A DNA stretch of 64,000 bases from Candidatus Ozemobacteraceae bacterium (GTDB lineage: Bacteria; Muiribacteriota; Ozemobacteria; Ozemobacterales; Ozemobacteraceae), in assembly GCA_965140445.1 (NCBI GenBank), contig OZ223236.1, positions 3,936,001 through 4,000,000 of the forward strand, given 5' to 3'. The position numbers were made by a program, and so were the translations under genes. Shown in pieces: positions 56,600-64,000 of this stretch (its first letter is position 1; every line of letters begins with the position of its first letter). The notes under the pieces are model-generated. The model did no database searches. It saw only the letters and a program-made list of their open reading frames with translations, and was not told the DNA's origin.

Positions 56600-59500
56600 A
56601 TGATTAACCGCTGGGAAATCCTTCTGGAAAAAGGGCAAACATATTTCGAACTGGAGAACTATGAAAAGGCTGAAAAGACCCTTCAGAAGGTTCTAAAAGA
56701 AAAGCCGGACTTTGTGCCAGCATATAAATTGCTGGCAGATTGCTATGACAACTTAAATAACACAGATCTGGCAATTCAGACTTTTGAAAAAATCATTGAG
56801 CTTTCTCCAGGCGATGCTTCGTCTTTGAAATCTCTGGGTACATTGCTTATCTCTGCTGGTGAAACCGATAGAGCTATTGAGATTTACGATCAGGCTATCA
56901 AGCTTTCACCAGAAGGAAAAGATCTTCAGTATGATCTTGGACTTCTTTACCTGCAAAGAAATGCATTTGAAAAAGCTGAAAAACATCTAAAGAAAGCTAT
57001 TGAAATCGACCCCAAATTTGCTAAAGCCACGGTTGAATTAGCAAGAATAAAAATCACTCAAAACGATATTCAGGCCGCCATAGATCTTTATATTCATGCA
57101 ATCGAAAATGATACGGAAAATGCCATCCTGCACGCTGAGCTGGGAGAAGCTTACGAGCTTCATGGCCAATACAATGACGCCCTTATGGAATACAAGAAGG
57201 CTGAGTATCTGGACCCAGATAACCCTCAGATCCACTTCAAGATTGGTAAGGACCTGGAATCCAGAGGAAAACTGGAAGAAGCCCTCGAAAAATACCAGGC
57301 CGTAAAAGAGTTAGACGCAGAAAACGTTGAACTTTTCTACCGATGTGGAAAGCTGTATCAGAGACTCGGCATGGAAGAAGAAGCCACAAGGGAATTTGAA
57401 GCAATTACTGCCATAAAACCTGAATGGCTTGAAATCCGTTATGAACTTGCCAACCTCTATGGAGAAAAGGGCGAGTATGATAAGCAAATCAAGCAATTTG
57501 AAGCGATTGCAGAGCACGACACCACCTCTTATGAGGTTATGAAAAGTCTTGCCGCTTCATATGCCGCAAATGGTGAATTGGATAAAGCAATTGACCATTA
57601 CAATAACGCACTTGAAGCCAACCCTGATGATTATGAGATTGTAGAGCAACAATATCAAATCGTTCTGGCAGGCGGAGACCCGGAAAAATGTATTGATTCA
57701 CTTGAAGCCTTAAGTGTCAGCAGTCCTGACGATGCTGAACTTGCATTAATTCTTGCCAGAGTTTATGCGGCGCGAGGCATGGTTGATGAAGCCAACGCCT
57801 TCTACACAAGGGTTTTAGAACTTGAACCAGACAGATCAGACATTAAGGGTGAATTGCGCATGATTTACAGGTCAAAAGGCCTTGTAAATGAAGAGATTGA
57901 TGCAATAAACACTTTGCTCGAAACAGATAACGACAATATTGAGCTCCTTCATGACCTTCAGGAGTTACAGATTCAGGCGGGTAAAGACCGAGATGCTATA
58001 ACAACTCTGAACAGGCTGACCAACATATCGCCTAATTCAGTCTATTTTAAACAGCTTGGGAACCTTTATTTAAAAACAGGCTTTTTCAGCGAGGCAGTTG
58101 CAGCGCTTCAAAATGCTTTACAGATTAACCCTGAAGATCTGTCCCCCCACTCCATCCTTGCTGACCTTTACAAGCAAAAAGGTATGGATGAGGAAGCTAT
58201 CCAATCTTACAAATATCTTCTTAGAGACAATCCAGATAATATGAAAGCTCACCTCGATCTTGGTGAACTTTATAAAAAGCTTGGACGAACTAATGACCAT
58301 GTTGCATCTTTGAATCAGGCTATCAATCTTGGCGCTTCTGACCCTAGACTGTTTCTTGAACTAGGTAGCCTCCAGCTTCAGCAGAACCATGTTGCTGAAG
58401 GCATGGCCAATTTGCAAAAAGCCAAAGAAAGCGCCAATGGTGACCCAGCAGTTACCAAGCAACTAATCGACATCTACCTGATCAGAAATCACCATCAGGA
58501 AGCGATGGATGAGCTTGAAAATCTAAGAAAACAGCAACCAGACAATGTTGACATCTACGTAAAAATGTCAAAAATTTACCAGAGCCAACAGATGTTTAAT
58601 GAGGCTCTTGAAATATTAAATCAAGCTCGCATGGTTGATCCGCAAAGCTTTGTTATAACTCTTGAAACAGCAAGACTTTATATGGCCTGCCAGGAATTCC
58701 AGCAGGTAATAGAGCTACTGCAGGATGTAAGACAAAACCATCCTTCTAATGATGATGTTACATCAATCATATCTGAAGCTTATGCAAAATCTGGTGACCA
58801 CGAAATGGCCATTATGGAGCTAAAGCAACTGATAGGCAGAGATCCTACCAACACAGATGCGAGAATTCAGCTTGGTCGAATCTACTCAATTACCAACATG
58901 ATCGATCAAGCCACCATGACTTTTAAAGACATCATTAATGATTTTCCAGAAAATCCAATGGCACATGTTGAGCTTGGCAAGATTTATCTGAATATGGGGA
59001 AAGCATATAACGACTCCAACATGATTAACAACGGTATGAATGAGCTAACTCAAGCAGTTGGCTTTGATGACCAGTGTGTTGAAGCGCATTATGAACTTGG
59101 CGTCGCTTACAAAGATCTAGAAAAAGTAGAAGAAGCGCTTAATGAATTTAACAAGCTTCTCCTGCTCGACCCCCTGCATGCCAAAGCTAAGGAATATCAG
59201 AACGAACTCGTTGGCCAGAAAGTCAGTGGCCAGGCTGAAGAGGGAATCAAACAAGCACGCCTGTTCAGCGAAAGAGGCATGATTAAAAATGCCATTATGG
59301 AATATCAGAATGTTATCGAACTTCAGCAGGATAATCAGGTTGCCTGGTATGAACTTGGAAACATCTATCTTTCCCAGGAACAGCACCAGGAAGCTCTGGA
59401 AGCTTTACAAAAAGCCAAGGACATCAATCCGGATGTTCCAGAAGTTTATATTTCACTGGCCCACACATATCTTCAGGTTAATCAACCAGATGAATCTTCA

Positions 59501-61207
59501 ATTGAACTTCAAGAATTACTTGGCATGGTTCCTAACCACTTCCAGGGACTATACATGCTTGGTCACATCTTCCAGAAAAAGGGCTGGGCTGATGAAGCTA
59601 TTGAAAAATATGAGGCCGCATATGAGGTTGTTCCAACCGAATTAGAACCCGTCCTGCAATTAGGTATTCTCTATCATGAAAAAGGCGATCTGGATGCTGC
59701 CAAAACATGGTTCCAGCGTGTTCTTGACATCGATGCTGCAAATGCTACCGCCACAGATTTCTTTGCAAATCTTACCGCATCACAAAAGTCTCAGGAAATT
59801 GAAGATGCCATGGCAAAAGCACTTGAAGCTGAAAAAGAAGGCGATGTAGACACGGCAATCATGCACTATGACAGCATTATTGACCTTGACAACCATAACC
59901 TGCAGGCCAGATACAAGCTTGGAACACTTTACGAATCAAAGAATATGTTTGATGAAGCTGCTTTTGAATATGAACAGGCTCTCAGCCAGGATCAAAATGG
60001 CGTTCTTAAGGACATTCCTCTACGCTTGGGCGACCTTTATACAAGAAAGGGCAAAATCGTCGAAGCCGTAGAAGCCCTCATGATGGCTAAAAAATACTAT
60101 CCAACCAACATTGATCTGAGAATTCAGCTTATTACTCAGCTGAAATTCAAGGCTTTAAATGGATTCTGTTCTGATGAAGAGCTTGAAGAATTGAATCAAT
60201 CAATCAGAGAGTCACTCAAAGCTGGTGAAAACCCATGTGACTGGCTGGAACTTGGTCTGTTTGTTTCCAAAGGCCTCGACAATACAATTGATGAAGAAAA
60301 TGCTATCACCGAGTCTATCAAGTGTTTCCAGAAAGTTCTTGAACTTGAGCCGGGCAATCTTTTTGCGATGACAGAGCTGGCAAAGGTCTATCATAGACGT
60401 AATATGCTCCAGGAAGTTGAAGCAACATACAAAGGAATCCTCGAAAAAGAACCTGAAAATGTTTACGTCCATCAAAAATTGGCGGAAATATTCACATCTC
60501 AGGGAAGATTTGAAGAAGCCCTGTCAGAATACAGACAGCTTCTTGAACTTGATCCAGCATGTGGAGACTACCACATAAAGATAATCGACAACTACAAAGA
60601 AATGTATGGAAAGGCTGAAGATCGTGAAAGCCAGTACATCAATATTATCAAGGATCTCCAACATAAAGCAGAAATAAACCCCAAAGACCCAATGTGCAAC
60701 TTTGGGGCTGGTTATGCCTACATTACCCTTAGCAGTGGCTTCACTCCATCAGAGGAAGAACAACAGAAAGCTGTTTACTTCTTTAAAATGGCGAATGCCT
60801 GCGATCCTAACAATCTCTGGCCTTATTGGGGTCTTAAGATTGTTTACAGCAAACAGTCCATCAGTGGAAAACATATGTATGACGAAGCTATTGCCATATG
60901 TAAAAAAGCCCTCAAGGTTGATGAAAATTCTCCTAGAGCCCACTATGAACTGGGTGAAGCCTACAATGAGAACTACGACATCAACATGAAAAACGAAGCG
61001 ATGCAGGAATACCGCAAAGCTATTCAGCTTGATCCTAACTATGTTGAAGCTCATTTCAGATTGGCAAGCATCTACAGGGTTAAAAACATGTATGATCGTG
61101 CTACGGAAGAATACAACAAGGTTATCGAGCTGGATCCAACCGGACCACTGGCGAACGATGCCAAGCGCTCACTTGTCCATATTGAAAGATCTCGCGGCGA
61201 GGTTTAA
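56600..61207 (+). CDS. Giant TPR protein (1535 aa)
   Basis: Continuous TPR units; GAGGAG RBS; no signal peptide or catalytic domain seen. Confidence 0.92.
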   Translation: MINRWEILLEKGQTYFELENYEKAEKTLQKVLKEKPDFVPAYKLLADCYDNLNNTDLAIQTFEKIIELSPGDASSLKSLGTLLISAGETDRAIEIYDQAIKLSPEGKDLQYDLGLLYLQRNAFEKAEKHLKKAIEIDPKFAKATVELARIKITQNDIQAAIDLYIHAIENDTENAILHAELGEAYELHGQYNDALMEYKKAEYLDPDNPQIHFKIGKDLESRGKLEEALEKYQAVKELDAENVELFYRCGKLYQRLGMEEEATREFEAITAIKPEWLEIRYELANLYGEKGEYDKQIKQFEAIAEHDTTSYEVMKSLAASYAANGELDKAIDHYNNALEANPDDYEIVEQQYQIVLAGGDPEKCIDSLEALSVSSPDDAELALILARVYAARGMVDEANAFYTRVLELEPDRSDIKGELRMIYRSKGLVNEEIDAINTLLETDNDNIELLHDLQELQIQAGKDRDAITTLNRLTNISPNSVYFKQLGNLYLKTGFFSEAVAALQNALQINPEDLSPHSILADLYKQKGMDEEAIQSYKYLLRDNPDNMKAHLDLGELYKKLGRTNDHVASLNQAINLGASDPRLFLELGSLQLQQNHVAEGMANLQKAKESANGDPAVTKQLIDIYLIRNHHQEAMDELENLRKQQPDNVDIYVKMSKIYQSQQMFNEALEILNQARMVDPQSFVITLETARLYMACQEFQQVIELLQDVRQNHPSNDDVTSIISEAYAKSGDHEMAIMELKQLIGRDPTNTDARIQLGRIYSITNMIDQATMTFKDIINDFPENPMAHVELGKIYLNMGKAYNDSNMINNGMNELTQAVGFDDQCVEAHYELGVAYKDLEKVEEALNEFNKLLLLDPLHAKAKEYQNELVGQKVSGQAEEGIKQARLFSERGMIKNAIMEYQNVIELQQDNQVAWYELGNIYLSQEQHQEALEALQKAKDINPDVPEVYISLAHTYLQVNQPDESSIELQELLGMVPNHFQGLYMLGHIFQKKGWADEAIEKYEAAYEVVPTELEPVLQLGILYHEKGDLDAAKTWFQRVLDIDAANATATDFFANLTASQKSQEIEDAMAKALEAEKEGDVDTAIMHYDSIIDLDNHNLQARYKLGTLYESKNMFDEAAFEYEQALSQDQNGVLKDIPLRLGDLYTRKGKIVEAVEALMMAKKYYPTNIDLRIQLITQLKFKALNGFCSDEELEELNQSIRESLKAGENPCDWLELGLFVSKGLDNTIDEENAITESIKCFQKVLELEPGNLFAMTELAKVYHRRNMLQEVEATYKGILEKEPENVYVHQKLAEIFTSQGRFEEALSEYRQLLELDPACGDYHIKIIDNYKEMYGKAEDRESQYINIIKDLQHKAEINPKDPMCNFGAGYAYITLSSGFTPSEEEQQKAVYFFKMANACDPNNLWPYWGLKIVYSKQSISGKHMYDEAIAICKKALKVDENSPRAHYELGEAYNENYDINMKNEAMQEYRKAIQLDPNYVEAHFRLASIYRVKNMYDRATEEYNKVIELDPTGPLANDAKRSLVHIERSRGEV

Positions 61208-61210
61208 GAC

Positions 61211-61258
61211 AAAAAAAAGCTCCCCCAATCTGGTTTTCAGATTGGGGGAGCTTTTTTT
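61211..61258. terminator. Bidirectional Rho-independent terminator
   Basis: A8-GCTCCCCCAATCTG-GTTTT-CAGATTGGGGGAGC-T7 between convergent genes. Confidence 0.9.
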
Positions 61259-62438
61259 ATCTTCCTTTGCAGATTTTACATATCTGCCTGAAAGGTCTGA
61301 CTAAATAGTAAAGCCAACTAAATTTTTCGCCAAAACTTACGAAATCAAAATCATTCTTTGATGGTGAAAAGACAGCTCCGAGAGCAAATTTAATACGGTT
61401 TGCCCAGCTATCCTGCATTCTGAGCAGATAAATAATCTCTTCACTTATGTTATGAGCACTGGGTAGAGTGGATAGATGGCGCTTTAAAATTTTTCTTGCG
61501 GCGCGGATTTCAGTTTCTTCTGGCATTAATCCTTCTGAAACAACAAAATCTTGGGAAAGTAATCCAGCTATTTTTACCAGGTGAATTCCAGACCTTACCA
61601 TTCTAAGGCAATTGGAGCTTTCAGCCACCTTCTTTACCAAAAGCCAGTCAATATTTCTTCTCTGGATAAGATTGGCAAAGTCCAATATCTGTCGCCAATC
61701 GTTCCAGATATGCTTAGTGCTGTGAGCCGCTATGGTTATAATCAAATCTTCATCTGAAAGAGTTAAAAAGCTATTTCCTGCAACTTCAACGGATTGGGCG
61801 CGCTTAAAGAGTTGCTCCAAAGAAGGCTCAACGGCAAAATAACCCGGAAAAAAACGCCAGTGAATCTCGGTTAAAATCTTCTTTTGTGGGTGGAAAAGCA
61901 TAAACTCACAATGGTATTTGCAATATTGCTTTTCCTGGGCATCATTGTGTTTATCAACCAATGTATAGCCCATCTTAATCAAAAGCTTGCGCAATTGCTT
62001 TGCAGTATCAAGCGTAGGACAAATAATATCAAGATCCTCAAACTTTCTGGCTCCCACATGGCTATAAAGATGGGCAGCTAGAACCGCACCTTTATAAAAC
62101 ATAAAATCCAGACCTGAGCTTTTTGCCTCTTTTTGAATGGATATCATTTCCGCAACAAACTTAAGATTTTTTAAAGTTTCATGCCTGCAAGCTTCAGATA
62201 ATGAACCGGTTATATCCTCTGGTAATGAATCGATTTCATTGGAAAGAGAATTTTTTAAATGCCAAAGAATTTTATGCCTGAAAGCCAGAGATAAAATATC
62301 CTGTCTGCCCTGTGAATCCATTTCGATAAATTCATTTATGGCATCATCTCTATTATCAGTTTTTAAAAGATCGGCCAAAACTTGAAAACTTGTGGCCGGT
62401 AATTTCTCGCTAATTTTTTTTCCCTCTTCCATTTTCAT
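61257..62438 (-). CDS. Nucleotidyltransferase family protein (NTP_transf_5-like)
   Basis: YKGAVLA..LY....AR...DLDI and EIHW motifs; C-terminal LYYLVRPF. Confidence 0.8.
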   Translation of the reverse strand: MKMEEGKKISEKLPATSFQVLADLLKTDNRDDAINEFIEMDSQGRQDILSLAFRHKILWHLKNSLSNEIDSLPEDITGSLSEACRHETLKNLKFVAEMISIQKEAKSSGLDFMFYKGAVLAAHLYSHVGARKFEDLDIICPTLDTAKQLRKLLIKMGYTLVDKHNDAQEKQYCKYHCEFMLFHPQKKILTEIHWRFFPGYFAVEPSLEQLFKRAQSVEVAGNSFLTLSDEDLIITIAAHSTKHIWNDWRQILDFANLIQRRNIDWLLVKKVAESSNCLRMVRSGIHLVKIAGLLSQDFVVSEGLMPEETEIRAARKILKRHLSTLPSAHNISEEIIYLLRMQDSWANRIKFALGAVFSPSKNDFDFVSFGEKFSWLYYLVRPFRQICKICKGR

Positions 62439-62517
62439 AACTCAGATTATCCTACAGGATAAAATTAATAGCAACAAACTACTTTTGAGTATGTTGAAGC
62501 TATGGTAAAAAGTAGGT

Positions 62518-64000
62518 ATGAAATCCAAACTCAATGAAAAGCACCACCCTCTTACTGAATTACCTAATGTTGGATTCAGAAAAATGTTTTCTGCTTTTCA
62601 AATTTTCTTTACTCCCAAGATCAAACTGCTTATTTTAGCTGGTTTCATAAACTCCCTTTTAATTGCAGTCATGGCGTCCTTCATTCCCATGGGAAGTAAG
62701 ATAGTCATTGATTTTATTATTGGGGGAAAGCTTAATCCAGCCAAACTACAGGAAATGGGCCTTTCAATTTCTCCTGGCCTGTCAGAATGGATAATATATT
62801 TGTTTTCAAGTGTAAATGGCTTCCTTTGCCTTATAGCGTGCTTCTCCATCTTCTTTGCACTGATTTCTCTGATACAGCAGATAACAATCTTCAATCTTAG
62901 ACAAGGTTTAACGGCAAGAGTTAATCAGGAACTATTTAAAAAGATCCTCGCTTTTCCTCTTTTGTCTCACATGGGAATTCCCGATGGCTACCTTGCCTCA
63001 AGAGTTTTTCAGGATTCAAATTCAATTGAGAGATTTGTTTCAAATACTATTCCAAGCCTGGCAACACAATTCTTGCGGTTATCATTTGGGCTGATAATCC
63101 TCAGCAAACTTAGTATGAAAATGACTCTGGTTTGCCTGGGAATAACCCCAGTCTACCTTTTGATAAATTTCTTTTTCTATAAACCAGTCAGACGGCAAAA
63201 CCAGAAAACCGCAGAAGCCCAATCCCTGAATTTTTCATATGTGCAGGGTAACCTTTCTGGGATAGAAACGATTAAAGCTTTTAATCAGGAACCATTAAAA
63301 TCCAGAGTCTTTTCAGAGAAGATAAAAGAGCTTATCAATATCAGAAAAAAATCTCTAATACTAAATATGAGTTCCCATTACTTAACCCGAATTGCCCAGA
63401 CAATATCAATGATCATTCTTTTGTGGGTCGGATTAACCAATATAAAAAATGCTGAGATGAGTCTTGGCGATCTAGCGGCATTTATGAGTTATATAGGCTA
63501 TCTTTCCGGACCGATAGAAGGAATTGCCTTCTTTTATCTTGGACTACAGCCGATTTTGGTAGCCTATAGAAGGATTTTCCAAATCCTGGATTTTGCAACG
63601 GAGCCAGATGGGTCAGTTGAATTTAAAGACAATGTGGAAAAAATTGAAATCTGCGATCTTTCGTTTTCCTTCAAAAATAATCAGATTTTTGATAGCTGGA
63701 GTTGCTTTTTTGAAAAAGGAAATCAATATTTTATTCCATGGATTAGCGGCAAGGGAAAAACCACCTTAGCCAGGCTACTTTGCAAATTTTCTTCACCTGA
63801 CTCAGGAAATATTTTATTTAACAGCGTCAATATTCAATCGCTTAAAACATCAAGTATCAGGCAAAAGATCGGTTACATGACCCAGGAAACACACCTCTTT
63901 TCAGGGACCATAAGGGATAATCTACTACTGGCAAATCCAGAAGCAACAGATGAAAGTCTTGAAAAAGCTCTTTGCATTGCAGAGGCCTGGGACTTTGTTC
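62518..64000 (+). CDS. ABC exporter, fused TMD + ATPase (3'-truncated by the window edge; absent from the ORF track)
   Basis: My translation from ATG 62518 (MKSKLNEK...) is open to the window end. It shows ABC-membrane helices with GYLASR, GIETIKAF and SLGDLAAF, a Walker A-like WISGKGKTT, and Q-loop IGYMTQETHLFSGTIRDNL. Confidence 0.88.
   Translation, partial: MKSKLNEKHHPLTELPNVGFRKMFSAFQIFFTPKIKLLILAGFINSLLIAVMASFIPMGSKIVIDFIIGGKLNPAKLQEMGLSISPGLSEWIIYLFSSVNGFLCLIACFSIFFALISLIQQITIFNLRQGLTARVNQELFKKILAFPLLSHMGIPDGYLASRVFQDSNSIERFVSNTIPSLATQFLRLSFGLIILSKLSMKMTLVCLGITPVYLLINFFFYKPVRRQNQKTAEAQSLNFSYVQGNLSGIETIKAFNQEPLKSRVFSEKIKELINIRKKSLILNMSSHYLTRIAQTISMIILLWVGLTNIKNAEMSLGDLAAFMSYIGYLSGPIEGIAFFYLGLQPILVAYRRIFQILDFATEPDGSVEFKDNVEKIEICDLSFSFKNNQIFDSWSCFFEKGNQYFIPWISGKGKTTLARLLCKFSSPDSGNILFNSVNIQSLKTSSIRQKIGYMTQETHLFSGTIRDNLLLANPEATDESLEKALCIAEAWDFV

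Noticed and set aside
62598..62894. 98-aa minus-strand ORF
   Set aside because: It is the antisense shadow of the ABC exporter that starts at 62518 on the plus strand.
1..64000. Prophage, IS elements, tRNA/rRNA or defence island
   Set aside because: No integrase, transposase, phage structural, nuclease or restriction-modification motifs, and no tRNA- or rRNA-like sequence recognised by eye. tRNAscan-SE and Infernal were not run.

Overview
A gene-dense, AT-rich bacterial chromosomal window. The organism is a diderm, judging from the TolC/RND pump and a PEP-CTERM protein. The tandem large HAMP-PP2C proteins and giant TPR proteins remind me of Candidatus Riflebacteria, but that assignment is only an impression. 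I saw no rRNA, tRNA, CRISPR array, integrase or transposase. Recognisable content: a 5'-truncated class III cyclase, an Ogt-AlkA fusion, a glgM-glgE alpha-glucan pair, two hybrid histidine kinases, a FecR + CHASE2 adenylate cyclase pair, a PEP-CTERM cysteine-peptidase-like protein, an RRM protein, a TetR-TolC-MFP-RND operon with a perfect palindromic operator, arcA, two tandem HAMP-PP2C phosphatases, psuG, efp, uppP-ftsK followed by two ~1,550-1,600 aa TPR proteins, an NTP_transf_5-like nucleotidyltransferase, and a 3'-truncated ABC exporter missing from the ORF track. Main unexplained signals: (1) two otherwise unrelated secreted proteins 30 kb apart, an M48 peptidase and an ADD-repeat/glycine-zipper protein, end in the same ~50-aa Tyr-patterned helical domain; (2) their predicted promoters share a 7-mer at the same distance from the -10 box, and the ADD-repeat promoter shares an 8-mer in the same way with a third envelope gene; (3) the two giant TPR proteins coupled to ftsK carry an atypical ~95-aa module in mirror-image positions; (4) EF-P has Asn instead of Lys/Arg at the modification site.
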